Below, in pieces: positions 29,217 through 39,361 of a DNA stretch of 64,000 bases. A model generated the notes under the pieces. It did not search any database. It was not told the DNA's origin and worked only from the letters and a program-made list of their open reading frames with translations. The DNA is from Anaeroplasma bactoclasticum (GTDB lineage Bacteria > Bacillota_I > Bacilli_A > Acholeplasmatales > Anaeroplasmataceae). The stretch spans positions 50,728 through 114,727 of the forward strand of contig NZ_QXEV01000004.1 in the NCBI RefSeq assembly GCF_003550015.1. The letters are read 5' to 3'. Position numbers and translations under genes: made by a program. Numbering within the stretch: the first letter of the stretch is position 1; every line of letters starts with the position of its first letter.

Positions 29217-31538
29217 CTATGCTGGGAAAATTTCATTGATGATTTCAGAAACATGAGACACAGGTTTAATTTCAAGAACCTTTTGTACCTCTTCTGGAAT
29301 ATCTTCAATATCTCTTTCATTTTCCTTTGGAATGAAAATCTTTGTTAAGCCACTTCTAGCAGCTGCAATAGATTTTTCTCTTAAACCACCAATTGGTAAT
29401 ACAGCACCTCTTAAAGTGATTTCACCTGTCATACCTAAATGACAATCTACAGGACGATTAGATAATGCACTTACTAGTGCAGTAGTTAATGTTACACCTG
29501 CAGATGGACCATCCTTTGGTACAGCCCCTTCTGGTACATGGATATGTACATCATTCTTTTCTAAGAAGCCTTCTGGAATCTTAAATTCTACTTGGTGTGC
29601 TTTAACATAGGAGAATGCTGCAGTTGCAGACTCCTTCATTACATCTCCAAGCTTACCAGTTAAAATTAAGCCACCCTTACCTGGATATGTTGTAACTTCA
29701 ATATCTAGTGTATCTCCACCGAAGGAAGTATATGCTAAGCCAGTTACAACACCAACCTGGTTTTCGTTACGATTTTGATTATTGAAGAAACGAATCTTTC
29801 CTAAATAATCTGTAACATTTTCTGGAGTAACAGTTACACTTGTAATATTATCAATTAAAATACCCTTAACTGTCTTACGGCAGATTGTTGCAATCATACG
29901 ATCAAGCTCACGTACACCAGCTTCTCTTGTATATCCACGGATGATTGCATACATTGCATCATCTGTAATAGTTAGCTGTTCTGGCTTTAAGCCATGAGCT
30001 TCGATTTCTCTTGGAAGTAGATGCTTAAATCCAATATTGAACTTCTCAATTTCTGTATAAGAGGATAATTCAATGATTTCCATACGATCACGAAGTGGTC
30101 CTGGAATATCAGATAAATCGTTAGCTGTAGTAATGAACATTACCTGAGATAAGTCATATGGCTCTTCTAGGTAGTTATCAGAGAAATACTTGTTTTGCTC
30201 TGGGTCTAATACCTCAAGCATAGCTGCAGCTGGATCTCCACGATAATCTGCAGTCATCTTATCGATTTCATCTAGTAAGAATACTGGGTTTACAGTACCA
30301 GCATCCTTCATACCCTTTAGGATACGGCCTGGTAATGCACCAATATATGTTCTTCTATGACCTCTGATTTCAGATTCATCACGAACTCCACCTAAGGATT
30401 GCTTTACAAACTTTCTACCTAAAGCTTCACTAATACTTCTAGCTAAAGAAGTTTTACCTACTCCTGGAGGCCCTGCAAAGCAAAGAATCGTAGATGGATT
30501 CTTGCCTGTCATCTTTTTAACAGCTAAATATTCAATAATACGGTCTTTAACCTTAGTTAAGCCATAATGATTCTTATCAAGCTTTTCAGCAACATCCTTT
30601 AAATCATTATTATCTTCACTTGCCTTATACCAAGGTAATTCGATAATCCAATCTAAATAAGATCTAATTACACCAGATTCAGCCATCTGATTTGATGTAG
30701 AAGCATATTTTTGAAGTTCATTCATAGCCTTATCATAAATAGCCTTTGGTAAATGAGCCTCTTCTAATGCCTTACGTAATTTTTCTACATCCTCTTCTTG
30801 ACGAGCCTTATCTCCAAGCTCATTTTGAATAGCACGCATCTTCTCACGTAAGTAATATTCCTTTTGAGAATCATCAATAGACTTCTTTACATCCTTATTA
30901 ATCTTATTCTCAATTTCTACAATTTGACGTTCTCTTTCAATATCCTGTAAAATCATATCTAATCTTTGAGAAACAACAGTTTCCTCAAGATAACGATATT
31001 TAGATAAATTACCAGATAATTTCAATTGATATGCAATAACATCAGATAGTACATCTGCATTCGTGCCATTTTGAATTAATCTTGCAATCTCATCAGGGGA
31101 TGAAAATAATGTCTGTCCAGCCTGAGCGATTTCAGAAGAAATATTCTTAATTAATGCAGTTTCCTTTTCATCGTTTGCTAAAACGGAGAATAGCTTCTCA
31201 TAAGCAACAACGAAATATGGATCTGCAGAGGTATACTCTGTTACTTTTATTCTGTTTGTTACCTTAAATTTAACTCTGTAGTTATTATTTGGTAATTTTA
31301 GCTTAAGTGTAACCTTAGCTAAAGCACCAACCAATTCAACATCCTCTGGTGTAGCATTAACCACATTAGCATCCTTTTGAACTAATAATATAATGTTTCC
31401 ACCATACATCTTCTCAGAAGCGTCTAACGCAAGAATGGAATTTGGTCTTCCAACTTCAATTTTAAATTCATTGTTCGGAAGTGGTACAAGACCTCTAACG
31501 GCAATGGCAGGTAGTACAATTTTTGTATTTTCTTCCAT
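29217..31538 (-). CDS. lon: ATP-dependent protease Lon
   Basis: LON N-domain, AAA+ module (GPPGVGKTS) and protease domain (PKDGPSAGVT). Confidence 0.9.
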   Translation of the reverse strand: MEENTKIVLPAIAVRGLVPLPNNEFKIEVGRPNSILALDASEKMYGGNIILLVQKDANVVNATPEDVELVGALAKVTLKLKLPNNNYRVKFKVTNRIKVTEYTSADPYFVVAYEKLFSVLANDEKETALIKNISSEIAQAGQTLFSSPDEIARLIQNGTNADVLSDVIAYQLKLSGNLSKYRYLEETVVSQRLDMILQDIERERQIVEIENKINKDVKKSIDDSQKEYYLREKMRAIQNELGDKARQEEDVEKLRKALEEAHLPKAIYDKAMNELQKYASTSNQMAESGVIRSYLDWIIELPWYKASEDNNDLKDVAEKLDKNHYGLTKVKDRIIEYLAVKKMTGKNPSTILCFAGPPGVGKTSLARSISEALGRKFVKQSLGGVRDESEIRGHRRTYIGALPGRILKGMKDAGTVNPVFLLDEIDKMTADYRGDPAAAMLEVLDPEQNKYFSDNYLEEPYDLSQVMFITTANDLSDIPGPLRDRMEIIELSSYTEIEKFNIGFKHLLPREIEAHGLKPEQLTITDDAMYAIIRGYTREAGVRELDRMIATICRKTVKGILIDNITSVTVTPENVTDYLGKIRFFNNQNRNENQVGVVTGLAYTSFGGDTLDIEVTTYPGKGGLILTGKLGDVMKESATAAFSYVKAHQVEFKIPEGFLEKNDVHIHVPEGAVPKDGPSAGVTLTTALVSALSNRPVDCHLGMTGEITLRGAVLPIGGLREKSIAAARSGLTKIFIPKENERDIEDIPEEVQKVLEIKPVSHVSEIINEIFPA

Positions 31539-31669
31539 AAAAAATACCTTCCTTTCACTACTTTTTTACTTTGCGTACCTATAATATATACTATTTTTGG
31601 CACTTTTGCAAGTAGTGTGCCAAAAAAACTGACTTTTTTTACTTTTTCACATAATTTGTTACATTTTGA

Positions 31670-31697
31670 ATGAAAAAGGCAGCTCAAACAGCCGCCT
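31670..31697 (-). terminator. probable terminator downstream of tig
   Basis: GGCGGCTG-ttt-GAGCTGCC (one G-U pair) followed by TTTTTC on the minus strand. Confidence 0.45.
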
Positions 31698-31719
31698 TTA
31701 TAATATTATATATTATAGA

Positions 31720-33012
31720 TTAGATTTCTTTAGCATTTTCGATTAATAAGTCAACTAAAGCCTTGTAAGCTAAATCAGAATAATACTTAGCTACATTAGT
31801 CTTTAACATCTTATCCTTAGTTGAATTATGTAACTTAGCCTCTTCTTCAGCCTTAGCCTCTAAAGCTTCCTGAGATGGAGCTAGCTTTTCAACTTCAATA
31901 ATCTTCTGAGCTACAACCTGGAATAATGCCTGACGAGCGCCCTGCTTCTCCATATTTTCATTGAATGCTTCTAAATTAGTACCCATGAAGCCTAAGAATG
32001 TTTCAAATGGAATATTGTACATCTTAGCCTGCTGCTCATACTGACTCTTTAACTGGTTAACCTTTTCATCAACTAATGTCTTAGGCATATCAACCTTAGC
32101 ATTGTCTAATACATAATTGATGATGTCATTTAACTGACGGTCCTTTTCTTCAGTAGCCTTCTTTGCCTCAAGCTCAGCCTTCTTAGAAGCCTTTAGCTCT
32201 TCAGAAGTTGTAACACCCTCAAGCTTTAAGCCTGCGATATATTCAGCAGTTAATCTAGGGAACTTTTCAACCTTAACCTCATGAACTGTTACCTTAAATA
32301 CTGCTTCCTTACCAGCAAGTGTTGCTTCCTGATAATCCTTAGGGAATGTTACTGTTAAATCCTTAGTCTCGCCAGCCTTTAAGCCGATCATTTGATCTTC
32401 GAATCCAGGAATGAACTGACCAGAACCAATCTGTAATTCATAGTTCTCAGCCTTTCCACCAGGGAACTCAACGCCATCAACAGTACCAACGAAATCGAAT
32501 GTTGCATAATCATTCTTTGCGATAACCTGTTCAGTCTTAGTCTCCTTTACTGCATCCTTCTTTGTGATAGCCTTAATAGCCTCATCAACTTCCTTAGCAG
32601 TAACCTTTAAGTTCTTAGCCTTTACCTCAACTCCCTTGTAGTTAGGTAATGTTACTTCTGGATATACATCCCATGTTAAAGATACCTTGAAATCTTTACC
32701 ACGTTCAATCTTTTCTTCAAGTCCAGCCTCAGGTCTACCTAAGAAATTCTTAGCAGCCTCATCCTTAATAGCCTCCTGGAACTTAGAATCTAATACTACA
32801 TTAAGTGCAGATTCAAATAATGCCTCTACACCATAAGTCTTTTCAAATACGCTTCTTGGAGCATGTCCCTTACGGAATCCCTTAATTGTAACCTTAGCGT
32901 TTTCTCTTTCAAATGCCTTGTCTAGAGCCTTTTCGAATTCATCAGCTGTTACATCGAATACTAATTTAACACGGCTCTTGTCTAACTTTTCTACTGTCAT
33001 ATTTACCACCAC
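31720..33012 (-). CDS. tig: trigger factor
   Basis: 430 aa with ribosome-binding N-domain (GFRKGHAP), PPIase and C-domain. Confidence 0.9.
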   Translation of the reverse strand: MVVNMTVEKLDKSRVKLVFDVTADEFEKALDKAFERENAKVTIKGFRKGHAPRSVFEKTYGVEALFESALNVVLDSKFQEAIKDEAAKNFLGRPEAGLEEKIERGKDFKVSLTWDVYPEVTLPNYKGVEVKAKNLKVTAKEVDEAIKAITKKDAVKETKTEQVIAKNDYATFDFVGTVDGVEFPGGKAENYELQIGSGQFIPGFEDQMIGLKAGETKDLTVTFPKDYQEATLAGKEAVFKVTVHEVKVEKFPRLTAEYIAGLKLEGVTTSEELKASKKAELEAKKATEEKDRQLNDIINYVLDNAKVDMPKTLVDEKVNQLKSQYEQQAKMYNIPFETFLGFMGTNLEAFNENMEKQGARQALFQVVAQKIIEVEKLAPSQEALEAKAEEEAKLHNSTKDKMLKTNVAKYYSDLAYKALVDLLIENAKEI

Positions 33013-33152
33013 AGACCGAGATACATAACAGGGATAAGTCTGTTCCTCCTATTACCAATTCACAAATTGTATCTCTTTCATTCCCTTTTTAAAGTGTACC
33101 TTAAACATTATATCATAACTGATATTAAAGTAAAGAAAAATTATAAAAATAG

Positions 33153-33182
33153 ATAAAAGAAAAATGCCAATTTCTTGGCATT
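33153..33182 (-). terminator. rho-independent terminator
   Basis: AATGCCAA-gaaa-TTGGCATT followed by TTTTCTTTT on the minus strand. Confidence 0.6.
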
Positions 33183-33187
33183 TGACT

Positions 33188-34213
33188 CTAGCTTACAACA
33201 GAATCCTCATCCCTAGGGTCATCCTTAGGAATTATATTAGGATCGATATCAGAAATTTCGGTATCATCCTTTCTAGAAGGTGCTTCCTTTCCAACCTCTG
33301 TCTTCTTTTCTTTTTTCTTAATATCTCCAGCAATTACCTTACGGTATCTAATATATCCACCGGTTGCCTCACCACCAATAACAAGTGCACCAAATAATGC
33401 AAGTATAGCAAGCGCAATAACAAGCTTTTCTGCATCAAACCACTCCTGTGGTGCTAAGAATGCGATGACAACAGCTAGTGTAATTGAAACGAAATTCAAC
33501 CAGAATAAGGTTGATTTTGAATTCTCTTTAAATTCAATAGTAACCCAGAAATAGCCCATAGCTAATGTATAGAAGAAAATTACTAAAATATAAGCATAAG
33601 CCTGAACGTTAAATTCAGCAAATTTTCCACCAGACATTCTATATAATTCCTCAAGAGTATTTGCTCTTGCATCGTCAGCTAATAGTTGATTCCATTTATC
33701 CCAGTGATAGAATGCAGCTAATATTAAATATGCACCAATAGTAATATGAATTAAGCATTGAATCAATAATATCAAACGAGCTCTTTTAGATTTCGTAGTC
33801 TTAAGAAGTGGAATCAATCTTATGATTGCTGAGAATAGAATTATAACTGCAGTAATCATATATACAGCACCAATTAATTCAATCTTATAAATGAACATTA
33901 AGATTGCGAATGCGATCAATACTGCAAAAATAAAGATCTTAATGATAAACTTATACATTCTAAAGTTTGTACCAACCCTAGTCTTTGGAGTAGGGTCTAG
34001 TGTTTCATTAATTTCTTTTAGTTCTTCTTTTTTCTTTGCTTTCTTTTCTTCTTTTTCTTCCTTCTTTGAACGGACTTCTTTTTCCTCTTCAGTTTCAAAG
34101 TCATCCTCTAAAGAGTTATCCTCAATGACTTTATCATCTCCATCGAAATCAAGGTCATCTTCTGTTAGTTCAACCTCGTTTTCAACGTCTTTATTTTTCT
34201 TTTTACCGAACAT
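33188..34213 (-). CDS. hypothetical membrane protein with an acidic N-terminal tail and a charged C-terminal tail
   Basis: ~70 aa D/E/K-rich N-terminus, 6 TM helices, and a K/E/D-rich C-terminus. Confidence 0.5.
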   Translation of the reverse strand: MFGKKKNKDVENEVELTEDDLDFDGDDKVIEDNSLEDDFETEEEKEVRSKKEEKEEKKAKKKEELKEINETLDPTPKTRVGTNFRMYKFIIKIFIFAVLIAFAILMFIYKIELIGAVYMITAVIILFSAIIRLIPLLKTTKSKRARLILLIQCLIHITIGAYLILAAFYHWDKWNQLLADDARANTLEELYRMSGGKFAEFNVQAYAYILVIFFYTLAMGYFWVTIEFKENSKSTLFWLNFVSITLAVVIAFLAPQEWFDAEKLVIALAILALFGALVIGGEATGGYIRYRKVIAGDIKKKEKKTEVGKEAPSRKDDTEISDIDPNIIPKDDPRDEDSVVS

Positions 34214-34330
34214 GTAATCGCCTCCATTTCAGTTATAATCCTATTATACTTTATCGTAAACGTTTTTAAAAGAGAGAAACGTAAAAAAAACTATAATTGA
34301 ATATAACATCGTGATATAATTTGCCTAAAG

Positions 34331-35533
34331 GTGATAATTATGAATTTTGTATTTATTTCTCCAGCTTTTCCAAAAAATTATTATAATTTTTGTGATAGGC
34401 TAAAAAAGAATGGGGTTACAGTTTTAGGTGTTGGTGATACACCATATAATGAACTAGATTCAAGAGTAAAAGCGTCATTAACTGAATACTACAAGGTATG
34501 CAATTTAGAAAACTATGATGAGGTTTATAAAGCTGTTGCATTCTTTGCATTTAAATATGGAAAAATTGATATGCTTGAATCCAATAATGAATATTGGCTA
34601 AGACAAGATGCAAAGCTTAGAACAGATTTTAATATCAAAGGAGATAAGCTTTCGGATGTAGAGCATTATACTTCTAAATCTAAAATGAAGGACTTCTATA
34701 TTAAAGCAGGTGTCCCTGTTGCAAGATATGCTTTCTGTAAATCTTTAGAGGAAGATTTAAAATTTATCGATATGGTAGGATATCCTGTAGTTGTAAAGCC
34801 TGATGTTGGAGTTGGAGCAGCAGCAACCTATAAAATTGAGAATAAGGAAGATTTAGAAAGATTCTATCAGGAAGGATTCAAAGTACCATATATTATGGAA
34901 GAATTCATCACTGGTGAAATCACATCCTTCGATGGTGTATGTGATTCAAATTCTAATGTAGTATTCTGTGATAATGAAATCTTCCCACCATCTATTATGG
35001 ATATTGTAAATCAAAATTTGGAATGCTCTTATTATGTTAATAAGGATGTTCCAGAGGATATTAAAGCAGTTGGCCAAAGAGTATTAAAGGCATTCAATAT
35101 TAAGAGCCGTTACTTCCATTTAGAGTTCTTCCGCTTACGTGAAGAAAAGCATGGTCTTGGTAAGGCAGGAGATATTGTAGCCTTAGAGGTTAATATGCGT
35201 CCACCTGGAGGATTTACACCAGATATTATTAACTTTGGACAATCCTTAGATACATATCAAATTTGGGCTGATATTATTTGTTATGATGAAATTAGAAATG
35301 TAAATATGGATTATCCTAAGTATTATTGTGTATTCTATGGAAGACGTGATCGTTTTGAATATCAATATTCTTATGAAGAAATTAAAAAGGAATATCCATT
35401 CATTCAAATGCATGGAAGAATGGATGAAGCATTAGCTTCAGATATGGGAAATGAATTCTTCATTGCAAGATTTGAATTCCTAGAAGATTTATATAAATTT
35501 AGAGATATGGTATCTAAAAAGAAAGATAAATAG
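34331..35533 (+). CDS. ATP-grasp domain protein (carboxylate-amine ligase type), substrate unknown
   Basis: ATP-grasp fold signatures (YPVVVKP, EEFITGE, LEVNMRPPGG). Confidence 0.65.
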   Translation: MIIMNFVFISPAFPKNYYNFCDRLKKNGVTVLGVGDTPYNELDSRVKASLTEYYKVCNLENYDEVYKAVAFFAFKYGKIDMLESNNEYWLRQDAKLRTDFNIKGDKLSDVEHYTSKSKMKDFYIKAGVPVARYAFCKSLEEDLKFIDMVGYPVVVKPDVGVGAAATYKIENKEDLERFYQEGFKVPYIMEEFITGEITSFDGVCDSNSNVVFCDNEIFPPSIMDIVNQNLECSYYVNKDVPEDIKAVGQRVLKAFNIKSRYFHLEFFRLREEKHGLGKAGDIVALEVNMRPPGGFTPDIINFGQSLDTYQIWADIICYDEIRNVNMDYPKYYCVFYGRRDRFEYQYSYEEIKKEYPFIQMHGRMDEALASDMGNEFFIARFEFLEDLYKFRDMVSKKKDK

Positions 35534-35538
35534 AAATA

Positions 35539-35580
35539 AAAGGACTTCAAAACCATTTTAAAGGTTGAAGTCCTTTTTTA
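35539..35580 (+). terminator. strong rho-independent terminator
   Basis: AAAGGACTTCAA-14 nt-TTGAAGTCCTTT followed by TTTA. Confidence 0.7.
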
Positions 35581-35606
35581 CATATAACTTTAATCCAATA
35601 ATACTA

Positions 35607-35861
35607 GATAAATATATATTCTATAGAATCATGAACTATAATTTTTAATAATACTGAATTATAGAATCTACTTTTTAGATAATATAATTCTACATCTGTA
35701 TCATAATAATAATTTGTAGTAGTTGTAGTATTATTTTCTACAAATACAGTAATGACTCTATTAGAATTATAGGTTATTTCATTATAGAATACTCCAATAG
35801 AAAATGATCCATTCAGTATACTATATCCACTATCTATATCATAATAATCATTAATTCAATT
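35607..35861 (-). pseudogene. decayed tandem paralog of the 35927..36562 gene (~85 open codons, no in-frame start)
   Basis: The stop-free minus-strand frame ...DYYDIDSGYSILNGSFSIGVFYNEITYNSNRVITVFVENNTTTTTNYYYDTDVELYYLKSRFYNSVLLKIIVHDSIEYIFI* resembles the C-terminal half of the upstream protein (VITVFVENN/KAIFVEDLF; NYYYDTDVELYYLKSRF/NYEYSLIDEENYIIRYVY). The only ATG is in the -1 frame, directly followed by TAG. Confidence 0.35.
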
Positions 35862-35926
35862 AAATTGCGGTTTATTTCAATCAAAAATCACTGAAGATTG
35901 CTTAAGAAGAAAACATAAATTTCAAG

Positions 35927-36562
35927 CTAAGAAACATAGCAACTATATCCATTCGCAAAACCTTGATTAGGGAAATTTGATTCTCTTAATAGCTTTTTTG
36001 GAAAGAATATTTCAGGAAAATCAATATTTTTTCCAGTGTCAAAAAGATAAACATACCTTATAATATAATTTTCTTCATCAATCAAAGAATATTCATAATT
36101 AGAATCCCAATTATAAGCAGCAACATATGCAGGAAGTGAAAATAAATCTTCAACAAAAATTGCTTTTTTGCCTCTATTTTCAAATTCTTCTAGTCTGTCT
36201 ATTTCTTTTTTAAATTCAATTGAACTATAATAGCATTCCAAATAACATTCAGCTCTATAATCATCACCCCAATCATAGTGCTTATATTCACTATAGAAAA
36301 AACCTTGACATTTTATATATGAAGCCTTAGTTGGAAATGTTTTGCATTTTTTTGTTTTATTTTGAAAATCAATAATATTATTCTCAAATGATTCGCTATC
36401 TATATCTTCTATCAAAACATCAAATATCTTATTATTTTGATATCCCGAAGGGGTAAATAAAAGGTGAAAATAAGAATCATATACTACCATCCAAACGAAA
36501 AGGAAAACTGCCACAAAAGCACCAATGCCTAAATAAATAAACAATACTTTTTTTCTCATCAT
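35927..36562 (-). CDS. hypothetical Tyr/Cys-rich signal-anchored protein
   Basis: N-terminal TM anchor followed by a ~180-aa Y/C/E-rich extracytoplasmic domain. No family recognised. Confidence 0.45.
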   Translation of the reverse strand: MMRKKVLFIYLGIGAFVAVFLFVWMVVYDSYFHLLFTPSGYQNNKIFDVLIEDIDSESFENNIIDFQNKTKKCKTFPTKASYIKCQGFFYSEYKHYDWGDDYRAECYLECYYSSIEFKKEIDRLEEFENRGKKAIFVEDLFSLPAYVAAYNWDSNYEYSLIDEENYIIRYVYLFDTGKNIDFPEIFFPKKLLRESNFPNQGFANGYSCYVS

Positions 36563-36565
36563 AGT

Positions 36566-36832
36566 TTAAACCAATTCTCCTTTCTTATATAGTGTTGGAA
36601 AATAATTTAATTTAGCTCCCCTAAATACTCCACCACTACTTCTTAATTGATAGTTATAGATAAGAATTGGTGACATAATATGTACACTAGTATTCAATGT
36701 AGGAATTTGTATTAGAATATTTAAAGCAGATGGAAATAGATTAATTGTAACATTTAAAGAACCTATTTTGTGCGTAACTGCCTCTTGGAAATTCCTTAAG
36801 CCTTGGTTTAGGGTTACTGACATATTATTCAT
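36566..36832 (-). CDS. hypothetical small hydrophobic protein
   Basis: 88 aa, abutting the downstream gene with a 3-nt gap. Confidence 0.3.
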   Translation of the reverse strand: MNNMSVTLNQGLRNFQEAVTHKIGSLNVTINLFPSALNILIQIPTLNTSVHIMSPILIYNYQLRSSGGVFRGAKLNYFPTLYKKGELV

Positions 36833-36894
36833 CTTCTTTCTATCGGTTTATTTATTAAATTATAACCTGAAATTAAAAGTAATTAAATACCATG

Positions 36895-36925
36895 ATAATA
36901 AAAAAATGGTTGGAATCCAACCATT
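36895..36925 (-). terminator. rho-independent terminator of lysC, overlapping its stop codon
   Basis: AATGGTTGG-att-CCAACCATT followed by TTTTTTT on the minus strand. Confidence 0.75.
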
Positions 36926-38229
36926 TACTTAATTAATGCATCATATAATAATGCGATTGTCTTTTCATAATCAGAAGCTGAAACACCAATGATGATGTTT
37001 AATTCCTGAGGGCCTTGTGCTAATAGTCTTACATTAACTCTTTCTTCACCTAGTGCAGCAAATATTTTACCACAAATACCAGCTCTTTTAGCCATATTTC
37101 TACCAACTACAGCTACTAAGGCTAAATCCTTTTCAAATGTAACCTCAGCATCTAATTCCTTCTTTAAATCTGTAACTAATTCATATTGACATTTTTCTAC
37201 TTGAGAATAAGGAACTACTACAGAGAAAGAATCAATTCCAGAAGGTACATGCTCAATAGATACCTCATAATCCTTAAAGATAGCTAATGTTTTAGCCATA
37301 AAGCCTACTTCATTAGACATATGATCTTTGAAAATATTAAATGCACAGAAATCCTTCTTTCCAGCAATACCAGTAACAGTTTGTGTTGTATCACTACAAA
37401 CCTCACGGATTGTTGTTCCTGGATTTTCTGGTTCATTTGTATTTCTTAAATTAATAGGAATATTTAATTGCTGTACTGGGAATACTGTTTCTTCATGTAA
37501 TACTGATGCACCCATATAAGATAATTCTCTTAATTCAGCATAAGTAATTTCTTTAATTGCCTTTGGATTTTTAACTAATCTAGGATCTGCAGATAATACA
37601 CCAGATACATCGGTCCAGTTTTCATAAACTGTAACATTTAAAGCCTTAGCTAAAATAGCACCAGTAACATCAGATCCACCTCTAGATAATAGCTTTACAG
37701 AGCCATTAGGATAAGCACCATAGAATCCTGGTACTACGATTTTACCATATTTAGAGAATGCTAAATTTACATTCTTTTCTGTTTGAATTTCATCAAGCTT
37801 ACCATCATAGTTATATCTTAATAAATCCTTAGCATCAACCCACTGGTATCCCAAATAAGATGCCATAAGCTTAGATGTTAAATATTCGCCACGAGAAACT
37901 AAATATTCTTCAGAAATAGATTTATTTAATTCTGATTTTAATTGATTTAAATCCGCTTCAATATCATAATCAATTCCTAAATCTGCTTGTACACCAGTAA
38001 ATCTTGTATATAGCATATCCCAAATATCTTCATATGGAACAGAAAACTTTAAATGAGCATGAAGGATATAAAGTAAATCTGTAATTTTTGTATCTGATTT
38101 ATCTCTTTTTCCTAAAGCACTACATACGACAATTTGTCTTTTAGGGTCAGATAATACAATATTCTTGACCTTCGCAAATTGAGTAGCGTTTGATAAAGAG
38201 CTTCCTCCGAATTTTGCAACTGCTAACAT
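36925..38229 (-). CDS. lysC: aspartate kinase
   Basis: Amino-acid kinase domain plus C-terminal ACT domains. Confidence 0.85.
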   Translation of the reverse strand: MLAVAKFGGSSLSNATQFAKVKNIVLSDPKRQIVVCSALGKRDKSDTKITDLLYILHAHLKFSVPYEDIWDMLYTRFTGVQADLGIDYDIEADLNQLKSELNKSISEEYLVSRGEYLTSKLMASYLGYQWVDAKDLLRYNYDGKLDEIQTEKNVNLAFSKYGKIVVPGFYGAYPNGSVKLLSRGGSDVTGAILAKALNVTVYENWTDVSGVLSADPRLVKNPKAIKEITYAELRELSYMGASVLHEETVFPVQQLNIPINLRNTNEPENPGTTIREVCSDTTQTVTGIAGKKDFCAFNIFKDHMSNEVGFMAKTLAIFKDYEVSIEHVPSGIDSFSVVVPYSQVEKCQYELVTDLKKELDAEVTFEKDLALVAVVGRNMAKRAGICGKIFAALGEERVNVRLLAQGPQELNIIIGVSASDYEKTIALLYDALIK

Positions 38230-38239
38230 AAAAATCCTC

Positions 38240-39280
38240 CTAAAAATCTAAACCAACAAGTTTTAAAGCAATCTGTACTGCGTTAGTTGCAGCACCCTTA
38301 CGTACCTGATCTCCACAGCAGAATAATGTAATTCCATTATCATGAATTAAATCCTTACGAATTCTTCCTACATAAGTAATATCCTGATCCGATGTTACAA
38401 TAGGCATAGGATAAACCTGATTTTCAGGTTCATCATATAATTTAACATTTTGTTCTTTAGCAATTTGTGCCTTAACATCTTCTACATTTAATACATCCTC
38501 TGTATATACAGTAACCGCAATAGAATGAGAACGAACTACAGGAACACGTACACAAGTACAAGTAACCTTTAAATCTGGTAGATGCATAATCTTTCTACCT
38601 TCATTTTGCATCTTCATTTCCTCTGTTGTATAACCATTATCCTTTAATGAACCAATCATAGGAATAACATTTCCAGCAATCTGGTGAGCAAATACCTTTG
38701 CTTCAACATTACCCTTATTAGGGATAATACCAGTTTCTTTATATTCCTTATCTAATTCTTCCATTTGCTCCATTAATTCCACAGGACCAGCTGCACCAGC
38801 TCCTGATGTTGCTTGATAAGTACATGCGTTCATTGCAACAATCTTAGATAGACGGTTAATTCCCTTTACTGCCATTAATGTAATGATTGTAGAACAGTTA
38901 GGGTTAGAAATAACTCCCTTGTTTTTAAATACATCATCACCATTAATTTCTGGTACTACTAAAGGTACATCAGCATCCTGACGGAATGCGCTAGAGTTAT
39001 CAATAAATACTGCACCAGCAGCTACAATATCATCCTTAAACTCTTTAGCAACTGCATTAGATGCAGCGCCTAATACTATATCTAAGCCTTTAAAAGCGTC
39101 ATGGCATGCAAGCTTGATTTCAATTTCTTTTCCTTGAAATTCTACCTTTTTACCAACACTTCTTTCACTGGCTAATAATCTCAATTCATTTACTGGGAAA
39201 TTTCTTTCTCCTAATACCTTTAACATTTCACGGCCAACTGCACCAGTTGCGCCTAAAATACCTACATTATATGTCTTCAT
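38240..39280 (-). CDS. asd: aspartate-semialdehyde dehydrogenase
   Basis: NAD-binding N-terminus (GILGATGAVGRE) and catalytic Cys (ISNPNCSTI). Confidence 0.9.
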   Translation of the reverse strand: MKTYNVGILGATGAVGREMLKVLGERNFPVNELRLLASERSVGKKVEFQGKEIEIKLACHDAFKGLDIVLGAASNAVAKEFKDDIVAAGAVFIDNSSAFRQDADVPLVVPEINGDDVFKNKGVISNPNCSTIITLMAVKGINRLSKIVAMNACTYQATSGAGAAGPVELMEQMEELDKEYKETGIIPNKGNVEAKVFAHQIAGNVIPMIGSLKDNGYTTEEMKMQNEGRKIMHLPDLKVTCTCVRVPVVRSHSIAVTVYTEDVLNVEDVKAQIAKEQNVKLYDEPENQVYPMPIVTSDQDITYVGRIRKDLIHDNGITLFCCGDQVRKGAATNAVQIALKLVGLDF

Positions 39281-39323
39281 ACACGTATCTCCTGTATATA
39301 TAAATTACTTGTATTATACGCTT

Positions 39324-39361
39324 ATTTTCAGTCGTTTTCAACGATTGAAAACATTTTCTGT
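39324..39361 (-). promoter_or_regulatory. asd-lysC promoter (TTGAAA-17-TATAAT) with a perfect 8-3-8 palindrome over the -35
   Basis: Minus-strand read cgTTGAAAacgactgaaaataagcgTATAAT. The palindrome GTTTTCAA-cga-TTGAAAAC lies at 39343..39361. Confidence 0.55.
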
